Shown: in pieces, positions 22,154 through 35,616 of the stretch
Layout of the letters: each line of letters begins with the position of its first letter
Position numbering within the stretch: the first letter of the stretch is position 1
The notes under the pieces: model-generated
Seen by the model: the letters and a program-made list of their open reading frames with translations, nothing else
Told to the model about the DNA's origin: nothing
Databases searched by the model: none
Assembly (NCBI GenBank): GCA_032718475.1
Contig: JAUCBJ010008890.1
Span: 124,001 to 188,000, forward strand
DNA length: 64,000 bases
Direction: 5' to 3'
DNA from: Nemertoderma westbladi
Taxonomy: Eukaryota; Animalia; Xenacoelomorpha
Program-made: the position numbers and the translations under genes

Positions 22154-23457
22154 CTAAGGTGCCCCTTCCAATACGCAGAACTTTCCCACAGCCCTCCTGT
22201 AGGTCTTCCTATCTTTGGCTCCTATCTTGCCTCCTATCCTCACTTCCACCGACCGGACTCTTCCGTCCTCGTCGGGGTAAGTATCTACCACCCTCGCTAG
22301 TCTCCATTGGTTATTGATAATTGTGTCGTCAGTGACGATTACCCAGTCACCCTTCTTCAACTCCCTATTGGTGTTTCTCCACTTACTTCTCCTATGCAAC
22401 ATCGTAAGATATTCTTCTACCCATCTCCTCAAATACTCCGCACTTATTGCCTTGGCGACTTTCCAGCTTTGATGGGAATGTATGTCATCTGGGTCCACTC
22501 CCCGCATGTCGATTGTCGCCGGCCTCTCCATTAGAAAATGTCCTGGTGTTAGCACATCCAGTGATTCCGGGTCGTCATTCTCTGGATATAGCGGTCTGCT
22601 ATTAATGATTCCCTCGCAATTGGCTAGCACCGTTCTTAATATATCCTCTGTGACCATGTGGTTGTTCATCAACTTGGTCATTAAACGTTTGGAACTTCCG
22701 ACAAGTCTCTCTACACACCCTAACGTATGTGGCGCATACGACATTCTCCTTTCCCACTTTACTTGCTGTTTACTCATAGCCGCCCTGACATCTTCTCCCT
22801 CTAGGATGTCGAAGGCCTCGGCCAACTTGTTCTCCGCTCCCACGAAGTTGGTCCCGTTATCCGAATATATCACCTTGAGCGTTCCCCCTTTGCAGCTTAC
22901 AAACCTTTCTAAGGCATTAATAAATGCCGATGCCGTAGCGTCCTGCGCAAGTTCTATTCCCACCGCTCTTGTGTTGTTGCAGACAAAGATAATGCCGTAG
23001 CATTTCTCCATGTTCCGCATAACCTTTATCTTAATCGGCCCGAACATGTCCACGCCGCAGTGCGTGAATGGCGGGTCGTGTTGTCTCACTCTGTTGGCCG
23101 GTAATGGCGCCATCTCTTGTACGGCCCTCTCCTTTCTCGTCCGTCTGCAGGTCTGGCACACTTCCCCACTACCGCCTTCACCTTCTTCCTAAGTTGGGTG
23201 ATCCAGAATGTCCTTCGTATCTCCGTGAGGGTCTGATTTGTGCCTCCGTGTAGTATCGATTTATGTGAGTCCCATATAATCTGGTGGACTATTGGTGATT
23301 TATTGGGGATTATTATGGGTTTTGGTGGGATAATTAAGCTGTTGTTGTTCACCACTCTGGAATTCATCACCAGAATCCTGTCATCGTTCAACTGCGGGGA
23401 CAGTGTGTTGAGTTCGCTGTCTCGACGAAGGTGTTGTTGCTCGCTGACTCTATCCAC
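22154..23457 (-). pseudogene. BEL/Pao integrase (frameshifted)
   Basis: H..H.G, C..C, PPFTHCGVDMFGP, SDNGTNFVGA, ERLVG, INSRPL, LTPGHFL, W.LARV...PD.DGRVRSV. Confidence 0.92.
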
Positions 23458-23592
23458 TTCGTCGGCGTATTCCTTTCTTTGCTCATACAGTATTATGGCT
23501 TTAGCCGCTCCTTCCAGATCGATGGTTGGTTTCCTTTTGGCATCCTTGCCAACTCCCCTAAGGAAATCCCCGTAGGCCCTCCAATATGCTAC

Positions 23593-26200
23593 CTACTTCT
23601 GAGTCTTATACCAGCTGGAGCTGTAACTGCGCAACCTGTCCGTCGGATTTTCGCATGGTTCTTCTGATTTCGGTGGCACTTCCTTGATCTCCTTCACCAA
23701 CTGGCTGTATATCTCTTCCCCTACTGAAACCTCCCCCTCCTCTTCTGCTACTACCTCCTCTGAGCCCAGGTCCACCTTCCTCATTGGTGGCCAGGCTGAC
23801 CTATCGCTCAGGAAGTGTGGCCCGCGCTGCCACAACTCTTCCTTCTTTGAGAAAGTGTGGCGTGCAACGCCCCTCGATAATAGATCTGCTGGATTGTCGT
23901 CGGTAAGCCAATAATGCCACCTTTCTAGGTCAGTCGTCGCCCTTATCTCGTCTACCCTATTCGCGACGAATATAGGGTATCTCGTCTTCTCATTATGTAG
24001 CCACCCTAGCACTACCATGGAGTCCATCCAGTAGTGTGTCTCCACTATGTTGGGTATAGTGTCCATCAAGTAAGCTGTGGCCCTTACTCCTAACCTCGCA
24101 GCTGTCAGCTCGAGTTTCGGCACTGACGCTGAATCTGGTGGCGTCCACTTCGCTTTACTAAATGCAAGTCTGGGCTTATGAGCCCCCTTTCGCTGTACCA
24201 AATAAAGCGCCGCTCCATATGCTTCCAAGGATGCATTGGAAAACATGTGTAGATCCAGGTCCATCATGTCTCCGTCCGGGAAATACACGTGTGGTATGCT
24301 GTACGTCCCCATCTCCTCTAGACTTCCCGTCCACTTACTCCACTGTCTACTTATTTCTTCCGGGACCTCCGTAGTCCGTATCCCACTCATCCTTTAACTT
24401 GTATACTTTCTTTAGTATTTGCTTCCCCGTGACTAACAATGGGGATGCTAGGCCTAGGGGATCGTATATCCTTGCTATGTACAATACATAGCCCCGCTTA
24501 GTGTGGATCTCTGCACCCTCTTGGCTCAGTTGATACTCCAACTCGTCCGTCTCCCGGTTCCACACGATCCCTAGCGCCTTTTGCTGAGACTCAACTCTCT
24601 TGTTTGCCATATCCTGTCCCTTTGCTGTTGTGGGGTTGTCCATGGTCGACTCTGGTCACTTGTCTTCTATGGCTTTCATGAATTTGTCGGAGCTGGACTG
24701 GAACTTAGTGAGGTTGAACCCGGATCCTTTTAGGATGTCGCGAACCTCGCGCCCTATCTCCAGTATTTCTTCAACCGTGTTTCCAGATCCCATTCCATCA
24801 TCGACATAGAAACTGCATCGAATCATGTCGATCGCCTTCGCACTATACTCTCCTTCCTTGCCCTCTAACGTATCTCTCACAGCCATAGTTGTTGTAAATG
24901 AGGACGACTTGGCCCCCATGTTTTGCACCACCATTTTGTACATCGGTATCTCAGACGGTTCTTCATCGCCGTTGTACCATAGGAAGCGCTGACTGTCGCT
25001 GTCCTCTTCCGTCACATGGACATGGTTGAACATGCCTTCAATGTCGCACATGAAGGCGGCCTCCCATTTCTGAATCTCAACAGGACCTCTATCCCCGAGT
25101 TGTAGATGTTGGGGCCCTCTAGCAGATAGTTGTTCATGCTTTTGCCATTCGATTTGGCCGACGCGTCAACCACCATCCGCAGTTTACCCTTCTTTGGATC
25201 TAAAGCCACGTGCAGTGGCAGATAGTAGGTTCTGTCTGTGTTTGGCTCGTCGACCGGTAACTCAACGGCCCATCCCTTCTCAACGTACTTCCTGATTGTC
25301 TTATGGATGTACTCGTCCTTCTCGGGGCTCCGTCTGAGCATCTGTTTCAGTTTGCGAAGCCTCGTGAGTACCATCCCTTTGTTATCCGGTAACGGTATCT
25401 TTGGTTGTTTCCACACCATTCCTATGGTGTACCATCCCACTTCGCACTTCATCGATTCCTTTACGCTCTCTATAGCTTGTTTATCTTCTACCGAGGTTCC
25501 GACCCCGGCCTCCTTTAGTCCTTCGAAGTCCTGCTTCAACAGCCTCTTAAGCTGCTCCTCTGCTCCTTCATCCTCCATCTCCCTCATTGTCCCTGCGAAC
25601 ATGCACCCTGATGTCTCCAACACCCTGAATGGAATTTTGGCTTTAATTGGGCCGCTAAGCATCCATCCGAACGGCGTGAGAATCGCCATCTGATCGCGCT
25701 GCCTGTTCTCTCCGAATATGGTCCGTACTCTCTCGTGGGCCGTCGGACAATCCATTCCCACTATGATGGATACCTTCGAGATGTCCACTTCCGATATTGA
25801 TAAATCGATATCGTCCAGGAACCGGTATTGCTCGACCTCGATCCTAGTGGGTCGCCTGGCATTTATATTAATCGATTCTATTATTTGAATGGGGTCGATG
25901 GTCGCCCCATAATCATATCCTGGTGCTATTGCTGATATCTCGCACCGTCCCGTTCTCATCTCCAGGACCTCATCCTTGCTCGAGATGGTAGTTACCGCCA
26001 TCCTACTCGGCCTCGTCTGTAACCCTATCTCCTCGGCCACCCAATTCTCCACCAGCATGAAGGCTGCTCCTCTGTCGACCAGCATCAGTGTCGTGACTGA
26101 TCAGCCACTTTCTCCTATCACCCTCACTGGTACCACCCCGAGTAATACCGTTCCCCTTCTCTTCGCTCCTATGGTGCTTGTCGCCATCGTTTGACCTTTG
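23593..26200 (-). pseudogene. BEL/Pao protease, RT and RNase H (fragmented)
   Basis: LVDRGA, KLRMVVDAS, DIEGMF, YVDD, YDPLGL, FSNAS, PKLEL, DSMVVL, NPADLLSRG; several stops and frameshifts. Confidence 0.92.
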
Positions 26201-26209
26201 CCTTGACCG

Positions 26210-27396
26210 AATCTTATTGGCGTCTCCTCACACTGTTCAACTTTATGTCCGCCTACCACACATCAATGACAGATTCCACTTCTGTCCGCATATTCTACCT
26301 GATCTTGTTTGGGCAATGCCTGCCAATACTTGCAGTTCATAGTCTGATGGAGTGCATTCGAGTGTAATTGGCATTTGTTTCTCGGATTATAGCCTTCTCT
26401 ATACAGCACATTGCGTATTGCACGTATATTTATACTTAGCTGTCTAGTGTTCTTATTGTTTGGGTTTGGCCTACTGGGCGTGTTGGGGTTATATTTGTTC
26501 GTGTTATTATTTTGTCCCTGTTCATGCCACGGTGTGGCCCTACCCCCGGCTATCTGTGGACTTGCAGTCCCCTGCGTCGCCGCATATGGTAGCGACTGTC
26601 TTAACTTTAGTAACACATTTGCCGCACTATGTTCTGGTTTCAGTCTGTTGTATTCGGTCCTCGGCGCCCTCCCCAGACTATCCTCGCTGTAGACTGGGTC
26701 CGTGATTAGTTCTGCCTTGTAATTGAGGAAGTTCGACATTTCCTCTAGGCCCGGTTCCGCACCTTTCTTCTCCCGGGTGGAGAAGGCGATCTTCCTCCAC
26801 TTATTTCGTAGCCAGATCGGCAGTGCCTGCGCTATTGTGGTGATGTTATTCGATGCGTTGAGTTCATAAGGCGCATCCAAGGTCTTCAGCACAATCGAAA
26901 CACAATCAGCGCCTTTTCGACTTTATTCATGAAAGTCTTGATGCTGACAGGGTTATCTTGTAGTCCACCTGATGTTATTCCCCTCAAGGTTTGCCGGATG
27001 ATCTTGGCAGGGTGTCTGAATTCCCTGTCTAGGGCCCGCCATGCAGTCGTGAATCCGCCCTCGATACCTTGGTACTGCCTTACGATGTCTTGTTTGTCAT
27101 GTCGATTTGAACGGCTCCACTGGTGGCAGCTCGATCCTGGTCTTAAGCGCATCGATGAGTGTCGCCATTCCCATTGCCTGTACTTCTAGTGCACTCGACA
27201 GATGCTGTACAGATTCCCCTGCTACTGGGTGCGGTTCACCCGTAGGGCCTGTCGACCTCCTTTGCGTCGGATATATCATTGGGGGTAACAGTCCCCTCCA
27301 TATCTCTGTATCACACGATCTATTTTGGTCCGAGGGGTTTGGGGGTTTTGTTCTTGGTTGAGTATATTGCTGATATTGTAATGGGGGAATGTCACC

Positions 27397-27427
<31 letters not shown>

Positions 27428-27759
27428 ACCGGTGCTATATTTGGTATTGGGGTTGATGTTACCATGTTAGGGCCTAAACATCTATCGGCAATAGCTCCCC
27501 CCTCCCCTGGGTATATGTTATATCCCTGCATATTATAGTCATACTGGTGTGCAGGTACCGGTATAGCCCTATCCACGTCTTGCCTACCTGCTGGTATGTA
27601 TGCCGCGACTTCCGGATCTAATGCCGTTGTCCTCACTACCCTATCGCCTACACTATCTCTTTCAGCATGGCCTATAGTATGTGTAGTAAGGCCTACAGTA
27701 TGTCCTGCAGTCTGCCTGTGTCCTTCCGTACTGAAGTTTAATCTTCTCGAATATTCCAA
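26210..27759 (-). pseudogene. BEL/Pao Gag (fragmented)
   Basis: AWRALDREF, LPIWLRNKW, C..H....H....C and further Cys/His knuckle remnants. Confidence 0.75.
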
Positions 27760-27807
27760 GAAGTCCTCCCCGCGACTACCGTACTCTCGATCGGCAGCTA
27801 TATCCCA

Positions 27808-30450
27808 TCAGGAAGTTTCTCTTCGATCCCCTCTCCTGTCCTCGTCCTCGCACCAGTACATCCTGTACCCTTCTCCTGGTGTGTGGTATATCTCACCAGG
27901 CTGCGTCTCTCCGGGGCGACAGCAATCTTCCAGAGTTCGACCCCACTGACTCTCTAACTCCATCTCTGCTACCGACGGTTCACTGTCCATCCTTCCCCTC
28001 TGGTTGCTCGTAGCAACGCTTCTTCTATTCTCTTCACTTCTTCTCTCTTCAGTGTAGCGATCCCCTTCGTGAGATCTCTCTTCAACCTCCCGGATAAACT
28101 CCACTGTTCTTCTTCCGTCTTCCGACTGGGCTAAACGCTTGCCCGCTCACGGCACCAACCTCTCTCTCTCTACCCGGTTGGACGCTCTTGGGGATACTCG
28201 CAATCCCCCTACTATTCTCTGTCGTCGGGTACCGCAGTTCACCTAACTCGCCGCGCGCATTGTCCGCCGTTCCCCCGCGCGCATTGTCCCCCCCCCCTCT
28301 TGCCACTAATCTCTCGTGGTGGGGTGCCCGTAGCCCCCCCCCCCCATTCATCACCTCTTACTTCACTACCTCCTGCTTCGCTTCTACGTCCCTCTCTAGT
28401 CAACGCACTATCTCTACCCTGGCTGGTCTACTCACCCCCACCTCTCCCTGTGCAACTGCGTGGCCTTGCAGGCTCCCGTTGGGTTGACTCACTCCCGCTA
28501 CTCCCTGCGTAACTATGTGGCGTTGCAGGCTCCCATTCGGTTGACTCACCCCCGCTACTCCCTGCGTAACTACGTGGCCTTGCAGGTTCCCATTGGGTTG
28601 ACTCACCCCCGCTACTCCCTGCGTAACTACGTGGCCTTGCAGGCTCCCACTGGCCGGACCACCTGTCTCCCCTACGTTTGTATTAATTGCACCGCTATTG
28701 ATAACATTATTTTGATTAATTTCCCCGGGATTATTATCCAACACAACATTGTTACCTAAGTTATTATTTAAATTATTTAAATTATTTTGTTCAGAATTAG
28801 GGTTATTATTTGGATTATTCTGCACATTTAAATTAGGATTATTATTTGGATTATTTTGCACCTTTAAATTAGAATTATTATTTAGATTATTTTGCACATT
28901 TAAATTAGAATTATTATTTAGATTATTTTGCACATTTAAATTAGGATTGTTATCTGGATTATTTTGCACATTTAAATTAGAATTAGTATTACCAGGTAAA
29001 ATATTATTTCCTGCAACAAAAGTTTGATTAGGGTTGTCTATTACGGTACTATTAATATTAATTCCTTCTAACGTATTATTATTACCCCCCCCTCCCACCC
29101 CCCGCCCGTACAGTTACACCAGTCCTGGGTCTGTCGTCCAGTACCTGTAAGTGGGGTATTAACAAACGTTTCCATTACTTCTGGCTCCTCGGAAATACTA
29201 CCCGAACCAGCCTCACTCTCCGATAATCCCAACTTTGCCAGTTCTAACCGGCGCTTTTGCTTCGCCTGGTATTGCATAAGTCCCCTCAACCGGGTATGCA
29301 TATCATCCCGCATACGCTTTCCCGCTCTCTCTCTTTCTCTGTCCTCTCTCAAACTTTGGTCGGCCAACTCTCTCTCTCTCGCCTCCCGCTCTCTACGCAC
29401 GTTCTCTATTCTCGCCTCCCGCTCTCTACGTTCGTTCGTTTCCCTCTCTACCCTCGCTGTCTCTTTCGCTTCTCGCTCTTTGCGCTCTTTCTCTACTCTC
29501 GCCACCCGCTCCTCTCCCTTGTTTATCTCTCTCTCCTCTCGCTCCTTATAGTTTCTCGCCACCCTCTCGGCCCTCTCTTAACATTCCCTCAGTAACTCTC
29601 TCTCTCTAATAATGTGGTTCCCTCGTCTAGTTGCCTCTCCAACTCCTTCTGATCCAGCGCCACAATGTCTAGTTGACACGCCATCGGTCATGACACTTAT
29701 CGGTCGCGATGGACTCCCAACGTATCTCTGTCCTACTAACTTTCCCCCGCTTTCTGGGGTTCTCGCTGACCGACGACACCGAATCCTCGGGGTTAACCTC
29801 GGGTTCGCCGTGGTGTGGGTCCGCCCATCCCACTAACTTAATTCCCCTTGCATCCACTAAGTAAGGCCCTACATACACTACGTCTGGCTCCATTACCCCG
29901 GATCGCCACAATTCAAATACTTCCGTGGCGATCCCCCTTGCTCTCTCACTCGCCAGTTCTCCCTGTCCAAAACGGACTAAATAGCGAAAATTCTTATTCG
30001 ACTCACCTAGCCTCTGGTATAGTTTAGGCTGATCTACCTTCCTCCTCTCCTTGGCCTCTTTAAGTAGTTTCTTGGTGGCGTTGTAGGCCCGTCATAACCG
30101 ATCACTTGTCCTGACGTCCTCTTCATCGACTCCGCCTCCTCTCCTTGTCCGGCGTCGTACCGGCGGCCCCACTGTCGCTGCTCCGGTGGGCCGTCCGTCG
30201 CCCTCGGCCTGTGGCTGGCGGCGACTTCGGTACTCCGACCGCCGCCGTGCGTCGACTCGTCTCTCCCTCGTGGTTGGCGGCCGCCCTCCGCTTGGGCCAT
30301 CGGATCGTCCCTGGTTGGCCAATCCGGTATGGCGGGCCGATACCGTCTCGTTGCGGCCTCTCTCGGATCGTTTGGTTGGTGTCATCTGGGGTCCGCGGCG
30401 GCGTCCTCTCTCCCTCTGAATCTCTGGGATCCAGATCGCTCATCTCTGTT
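27808..30450 (-). pseudogene. Long low-complexity ORF segments upstream of Gag (Arg/Glu coiled coil, Asn-rich 33-bp repeats, 57-bp repeats)
   Basis: ORFs 29068-29562, 28400-29098 and neighbours on the gag strand, broken near poly-C runs. Confidence 0.55.
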
Positions 30451-30481
30451 TCTTGGCAGTCACAGTTTGTTGTAGCTGGTG

Positions 30482-30491
30482 AGTTTATGAC
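30482..30491 (-). promoter_or_regulatory. Candidate self-priming PBS GTCATAAACT
   Basis: Abuts the 5' LTR with no gap; exact complement AGTTTATGAC (- strand) inside both LTRs at 30730-30739 and 20597-20606; no TGG tRNA PBS. Confidence 0.55.
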
Positions 30492-31167
30492 TGTGACAGG
30501 ATCCTAAGATCCCGACTGGGTTAGATTTGTACGCGTCACCGTTCCGCTGGGCAGTTGCACTGGGTCGGTTTGGCCAAAGGCCATCAGGGAAAAATAATAG
30601 AGTTTCTGATTCTCAATGTTTATACTCCGAGCGATAATAGCACAATCGGTAAATCTGTGATGAATATCACGACATATAATGACAGCAGAATACACAGATA
30701 TTAAATTGTTAATGTTGGTAGCAGTGATGGTCATAAACTATGACCGGTCTGCAACTGAGTAACTAATAAACTGACCAGTAAATCAGTAATGCAGAATAAT
30801 ATATGATTAACACACACGGATATTGATTTCACCTCTTACTGTACTTGGCCCTCTGTACCCAGTGGATGCTTTCCTATCTCTAACCACGTGCTTCCCTCCC
30901 CGCTATTGGCTAATACATTAATTGTCACTTTGGCACTCCCTGTGAGTGTTTCCCCCCGCTGCTAGCCTCTACTAGCTGTTCTCCCTCCGAGGTTGTTTGA
31001 CCTCTCACCTTTCTCTGTGGCTTTAGGGCTTGTGTCGCCCCCCCCCCCCCAAAGTTGGTTATGAGGCGAGATTAATTATTGGTAATCTCGTATCCCCAAC
31101 TATATTAGTAAAATGCCACTGGTCCCATTTTCTGGTGGGTAATGAAGTGGAATTGAATCTGCTTACA
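30492..31167 (-). repeat. 5' LTR (676 bp)
   Basis: TGTGAC...CTTACA followed by TSD TTACA. Confidence 0.95.
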
Positions 31168-31609
31168 TTACATCACACGGCTTATTAATCATTTTACACC
31201 TGGTTTATTATATCAATTGATAACAGATCATCTTGCGAGTCTTTTGACACCTAAATTAATTAAATTAAAGAAGAGGAACGTTGAGAAAAATGTTTGCAAT
31301 AGCAAACAGCAGATTTCCAGCGGAATTCCCGAGAACACACCGCTTGAAGGTGCTGATTCTGATATTGAGAAGTGCAATTTAATATTTGAAAATATGGACA
31401 TCAATAAATTTAAGTTCGTTCTGGTGCGTTTGGGGGTTATAGAAGATGGGAATCCTCAACTACTGTAATCATTATTTCATTACCACCAGGTGCGCCTAAC
31501 TGTACGGATATTTTGGGGCGAGTCAATACTGCGAGCCATTAACGAACTGTTATAATTATACTATAAAAGTATAATCATATCATTCTGAATGATTATTTTG
31601 ATGATTATT

Positions 31610-33476
31610 GATTTTCATATAAATCTACCCCAGCCTCATGGCGTTTAAAATTTTGCAAAATTTGCCAAATTTAGCCCTAAAAATACAGCAAACCTACTTC
31701 GTAGTCTGTATAGTTGAAATCGACTTACTGGGGTTTGGAGTTCTTCCTGAGTGAAAACCAAGTCCACTGATTTGATGACAACTATATTTCAATACTAGAA
31801 ACCCAGCTAGCTGGCTGTGAATTTGCCTTTGGATCAAATTCCCAATAAGTATATTATAAATAAACAAGAGTAGGCCTAGGTCTAGGAAGAAGGATAATTC
31901 TAAATTAGGAAAACACTAGAAAAACACTAGAAAATACTGAAAACACCCGGAAAACATTAAAATTATTGATCAACAGGAAATTTAATACATCGATTACACT
32001 GAATTGGTAATCTTAAATGTACTCCTCGCATAGCACACGTTAAGTAATCTCCGTAAAACATAGGGAAAACTCTATAAACCCTCTGGATAACAGTGAAATT
32101 TTACCTATATTTCGCTAGAAAGCGGGGTAGCTCAATTGGCTGACGCCAGGCCTGCAATCGATTGGTTGTAGGTTCAGCCCCACCAGGGTCCACTCAGCCG
32201 CCTTTCATCCACTGGGGTCGATAAATTGAATACCAGTTAAATAACTGGGAGCAAATCTTGGGATAATAGTAGCGCCCACCCCTACCCTGGGTAGCATCTA
32301 TCGAAAGAGGAGCCTTCGGGTCGCCTCAACTGTTTGCTTGATATGCTGCTAATAATACTAGGTGAAAGAAGAAATAATCAGCATGCAGTTCAGCACTATC
32401 CTTGTTTTACTGGTCAGCCAGTAGTACCAGTGTTGCTGTATTCTGGTATTACATAGTGTATTCCAGTATTGTTAGTGTTAGGTCAATTCATCTGCTAAAT
32501 GTTGGCAGTTGAAGTGCAGAAGCTGTGGTATTTATTATTAAGGATACCATTCATACCAGAAAACCGAACTGACTAGAAAATCATGTGTGATGTGTTCTAG
32601 ATCTTGCATCCGCGCTTCTAGCCACACTGGTATGCCACTTCAATACAGTATCACTGTAGGTAGGACCTAACTGTGGCCCTCTTGCTGTCTTAATATTAAA
32701 TACCGCATCATCTGCACTTTAACTGTTCAACATTTAGCAGATGACAAGATCCAACACTAACAATACTTGAATACTGGAATACACTAATACCAGAATACAC
32801 CATTAATGTGCCTCTACCGGCTGACCAGTAAAACTGTTGAAATGCATGCTGATTGGTTACTGTTCCTTGGTTGCCGGGCAACAATGGTTTCTGTGCAGTA
32901 TTAGACACTTTCAACTTATTTTTTAGCAGCATATTAGGTAAAATTTAATGCTATTTAATGCCAATCATTTTTTCACTATTTTCTGGACAGTTTATACTGT
33001 ACTGGTTCCTTTTTTTTTTACGGAGATTACTTAATGGTGTGCTATGCGAGGAGTACATTTAAGATTACCAATTCAGTGTAATACATGTATTAAATTTCCT
33101 GTTGATCAATATTTTTACTTTTTCCGGGTGCTTTACAGTGTTTTTCATATGTTTTTCTAGTGTTTCACTGTTTTACTAGTGTTTTCCTAATTTAGAATTA
33201 TCCTTCTTCCTATACCTACTGTTGTTTATAATATACTTATTGGGAATTTGATCCAAAGGTAAATTCACAGCCAGCTAGCTGGGTTTCTAGTATTGAAATA
33301 TAGTTGTAATCAAATCAGGGGACTTGGTTTTCACTCAGGAAGAACTCCAAACCCCAGTAAATCGATTTAAACTATAGAGACTACGAAGTAGGTTTGCTGT
33401 ATTTTAAGGGTGAAATTTGGCAAATTTTGCAAAATTTTAAAGGCCATGAGGCTGGGGTAGATTTAAATGAAAATCA
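31610..33476. mobile_element. Large foldback structure with nested inverted arms
   Basis: ~31610-32058 is the reverse complement of ~33015-33476; inner arms ~32340-32520 vs ~32710-32934. Confidence 0.85.
32121..32330 (+). mobile_element. tRNA-derived SINE inserted in left arm of the foldback
   Basis: A box TAGCTCAATTGG, degenerate B box GGTTCAGCCC, core CCACTCAGCC..TTTCATCC..GGGGTCGATAAATTGAATACCAG; absent from the right arm. Confidence 0.75.
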
Positions 33477-34999
33477 CAATTTCACATTTAGTGTTTGTTT
33501 CCAACCTATTGGACAATAAATATTTGCATCTTCCTTAACTTTTATCAAAAATACAAAATATCTGGGATTTTCAAAACTGGCATTGCCTTCTCAAAAATTT
33601 GAAATTTTCAAGTGTCATGAGGCCCGCCTAGAATTTTTCGAAATCAAAATTTTATTTTTGCAAAGTTAGTTTAGACCGATTTGGCATCAGAAAAATAGTG
33701 CTTCCCTTAAAAATAAAGAAAAAAATTTTTTTCACTCCACCCTAATGATTAATCTTCGAAAAGTCTGTGGGGGGGGGGGGGGGGGGGGGGGTGTCGGAAG
33801 CCAAGATATAACTAGCCATAGTATAATTATAATTGTTCGCTAAGATGACTTGTAGCTTTTGCTGCACGAAGGCCCCACTGGCACTCGTGTTATTTCTTCA
33901 AAGAATTTGAAGAAGAAACAAGGCTTTGAAAAGATCTTAATTAAAGTAGACATTCACCGAGTGATTTGGTTAGAGTACAAATGACTTGCCAGATGCCAAG
34001 GAGTGGTCGAGAGCAGATAGCCAGGGTAGTAATGTATAGGGAAATGTGTTTTAGTCGATGGAGTTTTAATTGATTTCCACAATCCAATTTTTAGCTACTC
34101 ACCACAATAAAACTTACTCTAGATTATTTTCTGGAATGTTGGCGAGAAAAAATATTAGGGAATAAAAATTAGTGATTGGACCCTGTTGGGCTGAGGGTAT
34201 AGGAGTGGGACGCTGGGATTGGCCGAAACTGAAACTCGATAAATCTCGACTTGACATAAACGAAGCATAGGTCTATGTAAGTTTTTAGCACGATCGAAGC
34301 GAGTGTTAAAATGCCAACGAATGGAAAACTCAAACACTAGGGCAGAATAACTGAATTTTGCTAAAGAAAATGAGTGGAAAATAGTGTTTTCCGTTACGTT
34401 TTGATATCGAATATATAGTTTTATTTGAAAAAAATTACCAGCGTTATAATTGTTTACGACGTATAATACTTTATTAATGCTGCCCACGCTTTCAGATACC
34501 GGTAGATATATCCTAAGTCAGTAGCTCCGAAAACATCGCGCCATCTTGCTCATTCAAGTTTTCGAGCACGCACAGATCGCCAATATTTAGGCCTACCACC
34601 AGGTCCAGTACTGCTAGCAGCCATTCTGTAGGATCTGAGGATGAGACAGGTCTATCCACTATCACCAATTCCAGTATTCAGATAGTACTGTGCAGTCAGA
34701 CAGTACTAGGCCAACTGTGTTACCACATATAAGTACCGGTAGCGGTACTGTACAGAGGGAAGATTGTGTGAGCCATCTGTATAGTAAGCTAAAATTAGTT
34801 TAAAAAATACTTTCTTTAACTAATTTTCCATAAAATTAGTTTAAAAATTTTTTAACTAATTTTCCAAAATAATAGTTTAAAAAAGTAAAAAATTAGTTAA
34901 AAAAGAATTTTTTAAAATTAATTTTCGGGAAATTAGTGAAAAAAGTTAGATTATTTAACTCAATTGTAAAAATATTTGTGAGAAAAAGAGCCCTTTTCA

Positions 35000-35300
35000 A
35001 ATAAATACAGTTATTTATAAGGCGCCGTTTTCTGTTAAGGTTCAAAGGTGCTAAGTAAATACAAAAGTGAAATGCACAGAAAATATCATAAAATATAATT
35101 TATTACAAAATAAATTATTAGAGTTATTTGAAGGCCCTATCTAATAAACATATTTTTAATTGTCGTTTAAATTAGTACAAATTTGAGCAAGTCCTTAAAC
35201 TATTTATTATTCTTATTGTAAAAAGACTCAAATCTAAAATATTCAAGAATCCAAAGTTGATTGAATTGAGGAATTGGAATAAATAATGTAATCCTAATAT
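35000..35300 (-). pseudogene. L2-type LINE 3' end remnant
   Basis: RTCSNLY*FKRQLKICLLDRAF C-terminus and AGCACCTTTG...GGCGCCTTATAAATA tail hairpin. Confidence 0.55.
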
Positions 35301-35616
35301 ATTCTAAGGGAATGGATTTGTAAAAGTTTGGTCAACCAATAAGAGTCCAAGTTATGGGGTGTTCTGTTCAGCAACATGCTTGCTCGATTTCTCTACATTA
35401 TTGTGGTTGGTGGAATATGCAATGCGAATAGCTGGCTCTTGGTCGGTGTTAAATTGGGATCCATATGACTCGGGAGATTTACCTACGAAACGTGCGAATT
35501 ACTTTTAGAGATTTTTGTTAATTAAATCTGTTTGAATATTATTTATTATACAGTAGTTCTTAAAAGAAATTTACAGTAGAATTTCACATAATGGTATAAT
35601 CTATGTACGTACTGTA

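Larger units (their letters stand above)
20352..31167 (-). mobile_element. Full-length decayed BEL/Pao LTR retrotransposon
   Basis: Two TG..CA LTRs, 5-bp TSD TTACA (20347-20351, 31168-31172), PPT next to left LTR, domain order gag-PR-RT-RH-IN. Confidence 0.95.

Noticed and set aside
22307-30507. Many plus-strand ORFs over the BEL element
   Set aside because: Antisense shadows of GC-rich coding sequence with no recognisable motifs.
31217-31468. 83-aa ORF right of the LTR element
   Set aside because: Non-ATG start and no recognisable motif; cannot support a call.
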